A DNA stretch of 64,000 nt from Zancudomyces culisetae HAW-14-8 (lineage: Eukaryota > Fungi > Kickxellomycota). The stretch covers positions 682,001 to 746,000 of the forward strand of contig JBNJNM010000012.1 of assembly GCA_052426225.1 (NCBI GenBank). The letters are read 5' to 3'. Shown one piece after another: positions 24,380 through 37,164 of this stretch (its first letter is position 1; every line of letters begins with the position of its first letter). The notes below the pieces were generated by a model. The model did not search any database and had not been told where the DNA came from. It worked only from the letters and a program-made list of their open reading frames with translations. The position numbers and the translations under genes are program-made.

Positions 24380-27300
24380 TGTTAACGAATTTGTATATTT
24401 ATATAGAAAATCCGTTTATTTAATAGTTATGTTGGTTTTTAGGGATATAAGTGACGTAGAATCTACTTGTGGCTTCGATTAATGGGCTCACTTAATCAGT
24501 TATAATGATCTTAAAAATATCTACTAATGGCTAAATATTGCAAACTCTTAGTATATGTGTTTATTTTCTAAAAAGATAAGATAAGAACCAAAACTTACTA
24601 TCGAAATTAATTGCTTTAGGGAATCTCCATTGACGATGTCGCGATTGCCATCTGAATCCATGATTGTGTAAGCTCCAAAATTTAATTTTTGTACTATCTT
24701 GTATGGGCCCTCCCATACTTCTTGAAACTTGTCTGTGACGTGTTCTACAAGCTTCATAACCATCTCATCTAGTTTAAATTTGAAATTTGTAATGTTTTTG
24801 TCATAATGTGATTTCATAATCTGCTTAGCTTTAACACTGCGAGATAACCCTATATTTCTTAGTTCCGGTATATTTGTTCCGATAGCTTCGTTTCTTTCCT
24901 GTATAGCGGAGTCAAGATCGCTCGGCTCAGCTGGAGGAGACCATACTGCCGGTGTAGTGATTTTAACACCGTAAAGAAGTTCAGCGGGACTATAGCCTGT
25001 ACTGCGATTACGCATTGTTCGAATTGCTAAGAGACTTTTCCACATGTAAGTGTCCCAGTTTTCTTTATCCTTCTTGCACTGTCTAGCTAGAGTGTTTTTT
25101 AAGGTCTGGTTTAGACGTTCTACCTGACCATTACTTTGCGGTCGGTAGGAAGTTGTCGGTGTGTGTCGTATACCTAAATATTTATAAAAGTTGTCCGCAG
25201 CTTCACTAATAAAGCCAGCACCTCTGTCAGTGATAATCTGATCTGGTGTACCAAAATCTTTAACTATATGAGTGATAATAAAGTTTATTATAGTGTCTGA
25301 CTGAATGTTTTGTACTGCCTCCGCGACAGGCCACTTCGTGAAATAGTGTCAGAATGACATATCTCCACACTTTCCCCACATAAATAAGATTATATTTGTC
25401 TCACAATATTATGGAGTTAATTTCAGACACATAGTATTGGTTATAAATAACCACATATAAATTATATAAGATACTACACCATTAATTGTTATAGTAAATT
25501 TCATATATAACCCTAGCTAAAAGATTTTATCGCAACTCAGCGATAAAATCATATTTCATAGTCCATAGTAATTTAAGCTTATAATAATAAAGTTACCTTA
25601 ATATATTCTTGACAAATAGTCGATACCAGTAAGTATAAAACGATTGCCATGCTTAGATATTGGACTTATTGGTCCAATAGCATCGAGACCAAAAATACTA
25701 AAAGGTTTGTACACATAAATAGGCTGTAGCTCGTTGCGCTTAGTGCGATGCCCTTGATAACTTTGACAAGTTAGACACTCCTTGACGGCTTTTTTCACTG
25801 TTTCGAATAGTCTGTTGCCTGTATACTCTCTGCTAACTCTCCGCCAGGTGTTTTCTATGCCCTCATGATTTTCTTCGTGTACCTGTTTTACTATATCTTC
25901 TATTTCGCTGTTAAATAATCTTTTTTCCAAACTCCTTTGCTAATTTTAAATAAACTGTTTTGTATAATTTTATAATTTTTTGCTTTTTTTTCGACTTTGT
26001 TTTTTTGTGTTTTGCATATTTCGAACAAATAAGTATTGTTTAATAAATAGTGTTTTATAGATTCATAAGATAAAAAATGTAATTCAAATATATCAAGTGT
26101 TTCTTCCGACGTTGTAACAGCCTCTAATCTCGACAAGGCGTCAGCCGGATTCGATTTATCTTCACAGTGTATGATTGTATAATTGTAATTTCGCAAAATC
26201 ATCGCCCATCGAGCGACACGACCGGTAACTTCTTTACTATTAAATAGGTTAATTAGTGACTTGTGGTCTGTTCGTATTAAAAAATGTTTACCCCATAAAT
26301 AGTGTTTGAATTTGTTGACGCCCCAGACTACAGCAAGACCCTCAAGGTGAGTGACCGAATAATTTCGCTCGTGTTTGTTTGTAACTTTGCTAGCATAACC
26401 TATAGGTTTTTCACCGCCTTCGACCTTCTGCGACAAGATAGCACCGATTCCTTCGATAGAAGCGTCGGTAGTCAGAATAAACTCTTCATCCCAATTAGGG
26501 TGCATTAGTGTAGGTGCACTACTCAAACTATCTTTTAGCTTCTGTACCGCTTCGTCCTGTAAGTTTGTCCAGTTCCATACTTCTGTCTTCTTTAACAACT
26601 TAACTAAGGGTGCTGATTTTAACGCATAGTTGTCGACAAACTTCCGATAATAGCCGGTTAGACCCAGAAACGACTGCAACTCTCTTACGTTTGTAGGAGT
26701 TTTAGCTTCCCTTATCGCTACTTTTTTTTCGCTGCTTGTACTTATTCCTTCTGCGGATACCATGTGTCCCAAGTAGCTAATCTTCTTCATACCTATTTGA
26801 CACTTGTCATCATGTAACTGAATTTTATTTTCTCGTAATAAATCAAATACCTCTTGTAGATGTACTAAATGTTGCTCGATAGATTTAGAATAAATTATGA
26901 CGTCGTCTATAAACACAACAGCAGTTTTCCACAGAACTGGAGCCAATGCAACCTCCATAAGACGCTGAAAGGATGCCGGACTATTGGTTAAGCCGAAGGG
27001 CATAACGTTGTAGCAATAGCTACCGCTGCCGGGGATTGCAAACGCTGTTTTCATTCGATCTTTTTCCACCATTTTTATCTGCCAAAAGCCACTGAGGGCA
27101 TCAAGGCTAGTGAATATTATATTTCCCGAAAGAGTCATAAAGATGTCGTCAATAGTTGGCAGTGGATACGCATCTTTTTTAGTGACATTATTCAACTTTC
27201 TGTAATCGGCACAGATTCTGAGTTTACCGTTTTTCTTGCGTACAGTCCCTACAGGAGAACACCACTCGGAGTAACAGTGAGAAATAATTCCTTTCGCTTC

Positions 27301-29618
27301 CATCTCAGTCAATTCGTTTCGTACTAGCTGTAACATATGATGGGGTATACGGTACGGACGTTGTTTAATCGGTGTGTTATCCGTTAATTCAATTCGATGT
27401 TCGGTTGTATCTGTTTGTGTTAATTCACCTATGTCACTAACAAATAAATCTTTATTTAATTCTTTTAACTCTGTTAAACGTGGATCGCTAAATGCGTTCT
27501 TCAAGTCTATTACTTCATCTGCCTTTAACAGTAAGTACAGTTCTGAGTCTAACGTAATACTTTCAGACTTCTCGGCTAAAGACTTCATTGGTACTATCAA
27601 AAGTTCGGAGTAAGTATTCATTTTTAACTCGCCACTACGAGGATCAAGAACTGCATGATGTCGATAGAGCCAGTCGTTGCCTAAAATTAAAGTATTATCT
27701 TTACGGTTCATTACAATAAACTCGGCTTCAAAAGTGTGATTTCCAATTACTATAGGGACTCTATTAAGTACACCTCCTGTCAAATGTCTACTTCCGTCAG
27801 CTGTCACCAACACCTGTCTAGTCCACTCATTTGGCTCCAAACCCCATTGTTCTGCTATAGCTGGTGTAGTCACTGAGCACGCAGCACCTGTGTCCACCAC
27901 TGCCCAGTATTTCCTGTTAAAAACTGAAACTAGCACTCGACAATTGCTAATTTTCTGAGGGAGTACTCTGATTTCATTTATATCTAGTTTTTTAACCTTT
28001 TTACACAGAGCACTTAATTCTGAACTGAGTGTTGGGGATGCGTCTAAAAGTTGTGCTAAACTGATTTTTGGATAATATTGGTTTAAATCGTCTTGTATGT
28101 TGAATGGAGTTATGTTTTCTGAAATTCGAGTGCCATACTTTACTTTTTTATTTGTACTGTTTTCAACTTGCTTTGTCACTGAACTCTCTGTATTCATTTT
28201 TATATCGTTATCTTCCTCCATTTTAACATACTTTATTGTTTTATTTACTGTAGTAGGTTTATTCACTTCAGGTAATTTTTTATCTACTAAAGTTTTATTT
28301 TTTGAATATGGTTTGTTTACCTGTTTATTTGGCTTAGGTCTTTGTACCAAATACAAATCATTATCTACTTCATTATCTGAAACAACTTCAATAGTGTTAA
28401 GTTCTTTTTTAGGTTGGTTATTATCCGGTTTGCTAGGAGTAGCGGAAGTGCATTGGTGTCTATAGTGGCCTGAAACCTTACAGTTGGTGCAATATGGAGT
28501 TCTTTGCTGACGCTGGTAAACCCTTTCACTAAGTAGCTTGTCCACTTTTTTCTCTACTACTTCCTCTACCTTAGTCAAAATATTCACACTCCACTCTTCC
28601 ATCTTTGATAACATTTCATTATAACCAATTTTTTGCTCCGTCATTTCCTTTATAGACTTTCCTGTTCCTTGTGTGCGATACTGGTTGTTATTGCTATCTC
28701 GTGGCACGTCTGAATTGCGGCTGTCTGCCGAAGGTTCGAAACTAGTAGTGATTAAACTAACTACTTTGTCCCATTCGCGCGATTCAGATTCCAAAATTCT
28801 TGACCGACTTCTAGGGCTTGCCGCACTGATTAACCAATTTACTTTTTGTGCTTCTTCATTTATACTGCACTTAGATAGTGCCAATTCCAAAGCAAAAACG
28901 AACTCGTCTGTGGAGTCAAAATCTTGCTGGTTAATATTCTTCAACTTCTATATAGCCTTATGATCTGATGTCTTACTGACAAACCTCTCAATAAATAGCT
29001 TCTTTAACTCTTCCCAGTTTGTAAACTTTTTTCTGTTTCTCAAATACCAAATCTTTTCTTGGTTACCGAGATAGAACTGAAGTAAATCTATTCCATCCTC
29101 CTCGTCATATCTGTTTAGTTTAAAGAATAGCCTGAATCCTTTGATCCACTCTTTTGGATCGTCGATTGTAGCGGCACTAAATTTCTCTATAGAATTCATT
29201 TTTTTTAATCTGCATAATAGGTTTTTTCTTAAGGACCCTATGTCCTGGCTGGATCACCACTGTTAACGAATTTGTATATTTATATAGAAAATCCGTTTAT
29301 TAAATAGTTATGTTGGTTTTTAGAGATATAAGTGGCGTAGAATCTACTTGTGGCTTCGATTAATGGGCTCACTTAATCCGTTATAATGATCTTAAAAATA
29401 TCTACTAATGGCTAAATACTGCAAACTCTTAGTATATGTGTTTATTTTCTAAAAAGATAAGATAAGAACCAAAACTTACTATCGAAATTTCTCACTAAAA
29501 AAACCTAACAAAAATTGCCAAGGAAAAAAGAGTCCAATTTCTAAAATAATTTTGATTACGTATTTCCATTGAATTTCTTCAATTTCCATACACTAATTTT
29601 ATAAAATATTATACGACA
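24380..29618 (-). mobile_element. Ty3/gypsy element C, degenerate (premature TAG in gag, frameshift before IN, solo LTR in IN, truncated 3' LTR)
   Basis: ORFs 28948-29199, 25900-28944 (CCHC, VDTGA, FIDD, TDAS), 25598-25930 and 24548-25045. LTR copies start at 24380 and 29261. PBS TGGTGATCCAGCCAGGAC at 29259-29242. The outer end of the 5' LTR is uncertain (29509 or 29618). Confidence 0.9.
25347..25614 (+). mobile_element. Solo LTR inserted in the integrase of element C
   Basis: TGTCAG...TTGACA ends, perfect 5-bp TSD AATAG, and removal restores IDYFTKWPVA. Contains TATATAA followed by the hairpin GATTTTATCGC-6nt-GCGATAAAATC. Confidence 0.9.
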
Positions 29619-29623
29619 GGTTT

Positions 29624-30029
29624 TGTAATATTATTTAAATATGTTTGCCTTTTTAGGGGCTTTGTACTCAACTCCGAACTCTATCGCACTTGTATAGTTT
29701 TTATCCTACACCCTTGCTAATAGTTCGTTTTATGAAGTTAGTACAGTCGTAATTTTTGTATATCTTATTTTTGTTTTATTTTTTATTTTCTTCTTCAAAA
29801 CTGTGTATAAATTATATATATCTTTTGTTATCTCTAAAACTAATTATAAAACTTTTCCTGATAACTACTAACCTGTTATCAAGGATAGAAATTGGATAAT
29901 ACCCTCCATAGGGAGAAAAGTCCAATCTCCAATGAAATAAATATGATAAAATAAATATGATAAACTAAATATGATAAATAAACTGCCAATCAAAGCTAGA
30001 AGGTATGAACTATCATTAATTATATGACA
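29624..30029. mobile_element. Solo LTR J (TGTAAT...ATGACA)
   Basis: TG...CA ends flanked by GTTT on both sides (29620-29623; 30030-30033). Confidence 0.7.
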
Positions 30030-30032
30030 GTT

Positions 30033-30520
30033 TGTCGTGAAATTACTGTAGATTTATAATCCTTTTTCCCACTGGGTTTTTTTGATTGTAAATTCCGATA
30101 GTAATTTTACGACAATCAAATTCACAATGATGTCATCTTATTACATCACAGTGAACGTAAATCAGTTGACGTCACAGTGAATGTAAATCTAATGACATCA
30201 CTGTGAATGTAAAACGATCTAGTTCATCTTTCGTGAGTCATTACAACTCACATCAATTATAACAATGTTTTATGTTTTCATATGAATTAGGTTATATTTA
30301 TTAATTTATAGTAATATTAATTTAGTTTATTTATAAGTATATTTAGCGTTTCTAAAAGTATAAAAGACGTTCAAATTCTCGTCAGAGAAGCAAAAACAAA
30401 AATTTTATTAAATTTTTTACTTAATAACATATATAACAATAATAATAAAAATATAAAATATAAAATATTATATATCAATAATAAATTTTTTGTCTATTAA
30501 TATAAGATATTAAAACGACA
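30033..30520 (+). mobile_element. Solo LTR, X-related
   Basis: TGTCGTG...ACGACA with the TTTTCCCACTGGGTTTT motif; followed by GTTT. Confidence 0.8.
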
Positions 30521-30524
30521 GTTT

Positions 30525-33500
30525 TGTTGTATTATTAATGTTTAAGGTCCTACTGAGAAATATAATTACCCAGTATTATACAGGACGTATCACGACTTGA
30601 CACTAAGTACTATTTGTATTAACTATGGCTATGATTTATTTAATAAGATACTATGAGATGAAAAGTATTTTATTGCTAAAGTTTCCTAAAGCAATAAAAA
30701 CCTTGTCCTTATATAGTTTTACAATATACAAAATTAATTGTAAAACATTATAAAAACTATAATTAAACTATAACTTAAACTAAATAATATTAACTGTCAA
30801 CTCCACAGTTAACATTTAATAATATGGGGTAAAACCAAATTATTAAAAATTATTAATTCTTACTCCATAATTAATAATTTATGGGTAAGAATTAAAGCGG
30901 AGAAAACGTTAATAAATTTAACATTTGCTATTTTTTATAACATATTTAAAAATAGCAATAATATCATGAATGGATCATGACAATCGGAGTTACAATACGT
31001 GAGAAGTCTTGGATAAAACGGCGATAGAAGTTAACAAATCCAAGGAAGGATTGGATGTCCTTGACTGATTTTGGTGTATCCCAATCCAATATTGCAGATA
31101 CTCGAGACGGATCCATGACTAGGCCTGCAGGTGTGATTATGAAGCCTAAAAACTCTACTCTTTCTTGGTCAAACTCACACTTTTCAAGTTTGGCGTAGAG
31201 TTTGTGAGCGATTAGTCTTTCTAAAACAGTACGAACATGGATAGTATGTTCTTCAGGTGTTGCAGAAAATACCAGAATGTCATCAAGGTATATGACAACA
31301 TAGACGTCTAGGATATCACGAAAAACGTCATTGACAAATGATTGAAAGGTTCCAGGAGCATTAGCCAGACCGAATGGCATAACTTTGTACTCAAACTGAC
31401 CATACTGTGTTCGGAAAGCCGTTTTTTCCTCATCGCCTTTCCTTATGCGTACCAGATTGTACGCGCCACGCAGATCAAGTTTGGTGAAGATTTTGGCAGA
31501 TTGAACTCGTTCCAGTAGCTCAGTCATCAACGGTAAAGGATACCGGTTACGTTTGACGACTTTGTTTAGAGCTCTGTAGTCCACAACTAGTCTTAAAGAG
31601 CCATCTTTTTTACCTGTGAAGAATACAGGGGCTCCAGCAGGTGATTTAGTGCGGACTATGAAACCTTTTGCAAGGTTTTCATCGATGTACTCCTTAAGCG
31701 CTGTTCGCTCCTTTGGTGCAAGTGGATAAATTGGTCCATATGGTAAGGCGGCATTGGGTAACAGATCAATTGGGCAGTCATAAGGGCGATGGGGAGGTAG
31801 AGTATCGGCCTTTTGTTTGTCAAAAGCTTGGCTGAGGTCTTGATATTTACTTGGAATAGTAGCAGTTAAGGAATCAAGAGGTAGTGATAGAGGTTTAGCT
31901 TGGTTTATCATGCATATCAAATGATAAACAGAGTGTTTTAACTTTTTGATAGGCACCTTTTGTTGGAACTCAATATCACAAGAACGTTTGCGAATTGGTA
32001 TAACCGGATCAGCTGGTGGTGGTGTCATCGGGCGTAACTCTTCAAAAGTTTCCATATCAGCACTCTGAATACTATTTTCAGAGTCGGCACTTTGAATTGA
32101 GATGTCGCTGATATCGGAACTTGGTGAATAGTACAGCTCAGAATCCAACGAATACACTGATTCAAGTTCATAATCTAAATCTGTTTCATATTCTGGATCA
32201 GAAATTTTATCATCATTTTCAGAATATGAGGTGGATTCTTGATCCTGAACTGACCCAATGACTTCTTGGTTGTGTACTTGGTTCTGATAATCCTGGTTTA
32301 AGTTTTCCTGGCTATTGACAGTATTTTCCTGGCTATTGTAAGTATTTTCCTGGCTATGGTTTTCCTGGCTGTGGTTAGTCTCCTGGTTTAAATTTTCCTG
32401 GCTGTGGTTACTTTGGCAATGGATAGTCTGACTGTGGTTATCTTTAACATGGTTTTCCTGGTTGTTAGTTTCCTGACTTTGGGTTTCTTGGCTATGGTTA
32501 TTCTGGCTAATTAGTGCTGGTCCTGGTCCTGGTCCTGGTGCTTGTCTTGACATGACTGAGGTATTAGTCTTGATAATCGTTGGATTGGATCTTTGAGTTG
32601 AGAACCTTTTGATGTTGCAGTGTTTTTGGCTATATGCATTATCAAAATGAATTAATCTCTTCTTCCAATTTATAGTAGGTTACATGGAGTTCAAGCCACG
32701 GAAGTCCTAAAATCATGTCAACAATAGTAAGAGTTTATGATTTCAAACGTGGCTACTTCTTGGTGTACTCCAATCTTAATTTTGAGCGGGACAGTTTGGT
32801 GTGTGATTGGACCGGCAGACATTGGAGTACCATCTACAAACTCCACAGGTATTGGAGTTGTTTTGGAAACGGATGGAATCGAATGGTTAGATACAAAACC
32901 TTGGTTTATGAACAAACCAGAAGCACCTGAATCTACCATGGCGACGATTTGCAACTTTACGTTACTTGGGAGTAGTAAGAAACAGTGACAAGAAAACGAT
33001 GGGAGTTGTAGACGTCTCGGATACTGCTGACTTGATGGACAAAGGATCTGGAACGGGGGAAGTCTTTGGTTGGGATGGTTTGGTTCAGGATTGGCTTCCC
33101 AATTAAGCCTGAACCCGGTGGTTTCCCTGCTTAGTTTTCTTAAGCTTTTCGGGACAGGTGGTAACTTGGTGGCCTTCTCCGCCGCAGTAATAGCAGAGTC
33201 CAAGTTTCATTCGACGTTCTCTCTCGGTTGGGGAGACGACAAGCTGAACAGAATCCACCTGCATAGGTTCTATCTGAGAACTGGTGGGCTGAACATAAGG
33301 CTGAATGCCTCTCTTTCTCCTGGCCTTGTCTTCCTTGCGCCTGGTTAACCTGGCATCAATGAGAATTGCAGCATTGATGTAACCTTCCAAATCATCAGGA
33401 GTTTGGAATAGCGCAAGGGTGTCGAGCACGGCTTCGCTCAGACCCTCAGCAAACTGGGATACGAGAGCTGACTCGTTCCAGTCGAGATCCATCATTAGGC

Positions 33501-34582
33501 GACGGAACTCTGATGCATACATTGAGACAGGTGAGGTGCCCTGTTTCAATGCCCTGATAGCATCATTGGCTGTTTGAGACCGTTGAGGGTCATCAAACAC
33601 CTTGGCGAACTCTTTCATAAAGAGTTCGTAGTCCTGGAGCACAGGGCTACCCTTTTCAATGTAAGGGCTAGCCCAACGGAGCGCATTCCCTGTGAGAAGG
33701 GACATAACAAGACCAACCTTGTTGGTGGCGGACGGGTAGTGGTCTGGGTGGGTAAAGAACAGTAGACGGCATTGGTTTACAAAACCACGGAAGTTGCTGC
33801 GATCTCCGTCATACCTTTCTGGCAAGGCTATGCGGGCAGCGGCTGGCTGGACTGGGATTGGTACTGGTGCGGCCTGGGCGGACTTTTCTTGTTCTGCTGG
33901 CGGATCTGGTGGAGCAGATTGTTGGGATTTCAATCGCTCGTATTCTTCTTTAAGCCTTTGATATTCGGCTAACAGTTCACGGTATTTAGACATTTTAGTA
34001 GGTAGTGTAAGAGCAATAAAATAATGTCACGACTTGACACTAAGTACTATTTGTATTAACTATGGCTATGATTTATTTAATAAGATACTATGAGATGAAA
34101 AGTATTTTATTGCTAAAGTTTCCTAAAGCAATAAAATCCTTGTCCTTATATAGTTTTACAATATACAAAATTAATTGTAAAACATTATAAAAACTATAAT
34201 TAAACTATAACTTAAACTAAATAATATTAACTGTCAACTCCACAGTTAACATTTAATAATATGGGGTAAAACCAAATTATTAAAAATTATTAATTCTTAC
34301 TCCATAATTAATAATTTATGGGTAAGAATTAAAGCGGAGAAAACGTTAATAAATTTAACATTTGCTATTTTTAATATGTTATTAAAAATAGCAATAATAT
34401 CATGAATGGATCATGACAGGACGGGACTTATATTATTATATATTTGGTCATATATTAATTTGAGAGAAAAAGACAATTTATTAATAAATTCAAAACTAGA
34501 CTATTTAATGCTTAAAATAATAATTATTAAATTAACCATTAAAATACAAGGTTATACAGGTATATAATTCCACTATATAACA
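30525..34582 (-). mobile_element. Solo LTR G1 (about 220 bp) split by element E
   Basis: 30525-30587 plus 34424-34582 align with intact G2. GTTT TSD on both outer flanks. Confidence 0.85.
30588..34418 (-). mobile_element. Tf1/sushi-like Ty3/gypsy element E, left copy; internally deleted (no RNase H or IN)
   Basis: LTRs 30588-30982 and 34025-34418, 5-bp TSD GGACG. Gag 33103-33993, PR 32718-33203 (VDSGA), RT 30964-32553 (YLDD) fused directly to the LTR. Confidence 0.93.
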
Positions 34583-34587
34583 GTTTG

Positions 34588-34809
34588 TGTTGTATAATTA
34601 CATGTTTAACGTCCTACTGAGTAATATAATTACCCAGTATTATTCAGGACGGAACTTATATTATTATATATTAGGACTATAATTAATTAGGTAGAAAAAG
34701 ACAATTTATTAATTAATTCAAAACTAGACTATTTAATGCATAAAATAATCTATTTAAATTAACCAATAAAATACAAGGAAAGACGGGTATATATTTCTAC
34801 TATATAACA
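34588..34809 (-). mobile_element. Solo LTR G2
   Basis: TGTTGTA...TATAACA. 4-bp TSD TTTG, whose right copy includes the terminal TG of the next LTR. Orientation inferred from the PPT-adjacent TGTTATATAGTGG relic at about 55452. Confidence 0.85.
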
Positions 34810-34811
34810 TT

Positions 34812-35186
34812 TGTCGTGAATTTTAATCACCACAATTTATAATTTTTTCCCACTGGGTTTTTAATAAATTGCTAAGATGGTTAGATTAAATTCACGTTAC
34901 ATTCCCGTATATCCGCATGACAAAGCATTTAAGATGGATCGACAATTGAGAAAATCATCCCCAACACGTTTATAAATTTTAATGACTGGATTTACAATTT
35001 TAGCTTATGTTTCATTTACTTGTTTCAGATTATTATTATTTCACATGTTATCATAAAATTTCTATGATTAAAATATTTTATTAGGATTATAATTTTTACA
35101 GAATCTATATATAAGGTTTAGTATTTCTAAAATAAAACATCATCAGTTCTCAAATACAGTTTTACTTATACTATATTTATACGACA
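34812..35186 (+). mobile_element. Solo LTR, family X
   Basis: TGTCGTG...TACGACA; near-identical inverted copy at 59468-59842. Confidence 0.88.
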
Positions 35187-35189
35187 TGT

Positions 35190-35879
35190 TGTTGTAATTT
35201 TAGATTGCAGAAAATTTCTCAGGAAATTTCCGCAACTAAACCTACAAAAAGTTCTGCTAATAGAGGGGAAACGTTACTGGAGAAAGTTATACTTTATTTT
35301 AACCAGTCGTTTCTACCTTATATCTTTTATTTAATTTAGTTTTATGTACTTATTACTTCAATAAATGCGATAAAACTGAGTAAAATTACGCCCAACTCCT
35401 AAAATTTGGTGTGCAAAACGATTAATTTTGGTCCAAAAATTAGACTCTGATACCTTTCTGATACCCTTTGAAAATTGTGTTACGCTTCACTACCTATGTT
35501 GTTTTTTTGGTTTTAGGTAGGTTTTTGCTCAAATCACAAATTTCAATATTATAGAGTAAAATCAGGTATTTTAGAGCTAATTTATATTTTATTCAATGAA
35601 TAACTTTTAAAAACAAAAAGATGAAACCACCAAACTTGTGGTGGGGTTACTAGTAATATACTAGTACCTGACTAGCTATTTTATTAGAACTTTATATAAT
35701 AGAAACTTAAAATAAAACAATTAAAACTGAATATTTAATCACTTTTTGGGTGATAATTTCACCCTAGTAATCACAGAATACTAGCTCGAACACCCGAGAT
35801 AACGGTGGTTATTCGGTGTTTGAGAAGCTGTATGCTGTTCACCCAATAGTTTAGCTTGGGTAGAACTAAGCATACAACT
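35190..35879 (-). mobile_element. Solo LTR of family B (about 690 bp)
   Basis: Reverse complement of the PPT-preceded 3' LTR at 58777-59464; right flank TTGT. Confidence 0.88.
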
Positions 35880-36306
35880 TTGTGTTATATTTTATTTATA
35901 AAATATATGTATTTACTATAATTGTTCTATAATATTTCTTTAAGTTATTGTTATTAACTATAACAAGGTAATTATATTTTTAACTGATTATTTTCTGTAT
36001 ATGTTTTCTTTATTTTGTCAAATATTTCCCTTTTTTATACTTTTTTTCTTTCTAAGTAAAAACAATTTATATAAGATACTTGTCATGATCCAATCATGTC
36101 ATTAATTTAATTGGTTAAATTTTCAGTAACTTTTTTTTGTTCAATTATTTTAGTATTTAGGAAATTAAGATTTTATTGCTTTTGAATCTTTAGCAATAAA
36201 ATATTAATATAATAATTTAACTAATAAGTACTTGGGTATAACACTCATGACATTATTTTATTGCTTCATACCCACCTACAATTAAGTTTTAATAGGATCA
36301 AACATT

Positions 36307-37164
36307 ATGGACTCAATCGAAGAAAGATTAAACAAGTTAACCTTGGAGATTCAAATTCTTAAAAACGAAAACCAACAGCTAAAAGATTTGAGTACAAGAG
36401 ATTCAACCCCGCATACCCATGTAGCCACGTCAAGAATCTCTTTACCTGAACGCTACGATGGTGATCGTAGACAGTATAGGGGCTTTGTTAACCAATGTAA
36501 GCTGTTGTTCCTAACACACCATGATCAGTATGAAACTGGCTCAGCAAAAGTAGGTCTTGTGATGTCTCTTCTAAGTGGTAACGCCCTATTATGGGCTTCA
36601 CCATTTATTGAGAAGAATAGCCCCGTACTATACAATTTTGAGATGTTTTTAAAAGAGTTTTCCCGCGTATTTGATGATCCCCAGAGAACTCAGACTGCAA
36701 ACGATGCAGTTAGAGCACTAAGGCAAGGACCACAGTCGGTAGCTATCTACGCTTCTGAATTTAGACGTTTAATAATGGATCTAGATTGGAATGAATCCGC
36801 TTATGTGTCACAATTTGCCGAAGGACTAAATGACAATATTTTGGACGCGCTTGCTTTGTTTAAAACACCCCAAGATCTTGAAGGCTATATAAATGCAGCT
36901 ATAAATATAGACACGAGATTGACAAGAAGAAAAGAAGATAAGGTCCGAAAGAAGCGAGGATTCCCACTTCAACTTCAGCCTAACACAAACCAGTTTGAAC
37001 CAATGCAAGTGGATTCATTGCAAAAAGTAGTCTCAACTCAGGAGCGAGAGAGAAGAATGAAGAAGGGCTTGTGTTTTTATTGTGGAGGTGAAGGTCATCA
37101 AGTGGTAAGTTGTCCAGAAAAATCAGCTAAATATAACCAGGGAAACAAGAATGTTCAGGCTTAG
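36307..37164 (+). CDS. Gag of element D (capsid with CCHC zinc knuckle)
   Basis: LPERYDGDRRQYRGFVNQC, LRQG, CFYCGGEGHQVVSC. Confidence 0.93.
   Translation: MDSIEERLNKLTLEIQILKNENQQLKDLSTRDSTPHTHVATSRISLPERYDGDRRQYRGFVNQCKLLFLTHHDQYETGSAKVGLVMSLLSGNALLWASPFIEKNSPVLYNFEMFLKEFSRVFDDPQRTQTANDAVRALRQGPQSVAIYASEFRRLIMDLDWNESAYVSQFAEGLNDNILDALALFKTPQDLEGYINAAINIDTRLTRRKEDKVRKKRGFPLQLQPNTNQFEPMQVDSLQKVVSTQERERRMKKGLCFYCGGEGHQVVSCPEKSAKYNQGNKNVQA

Noticed and set aside
28945-28950. Programmed stop-codon readthrough in element C gag
   Set aside because: The TAG falls early in capsid where A has Trp (ELIAW), so a TGG-to-TAG mutation in an already damaged element is simpler.
29619-35883. CRISPR array
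   Set aside because: Only an analogy: the units are LTRs separated by TSD remnants, with no direct repeats or cas genes.
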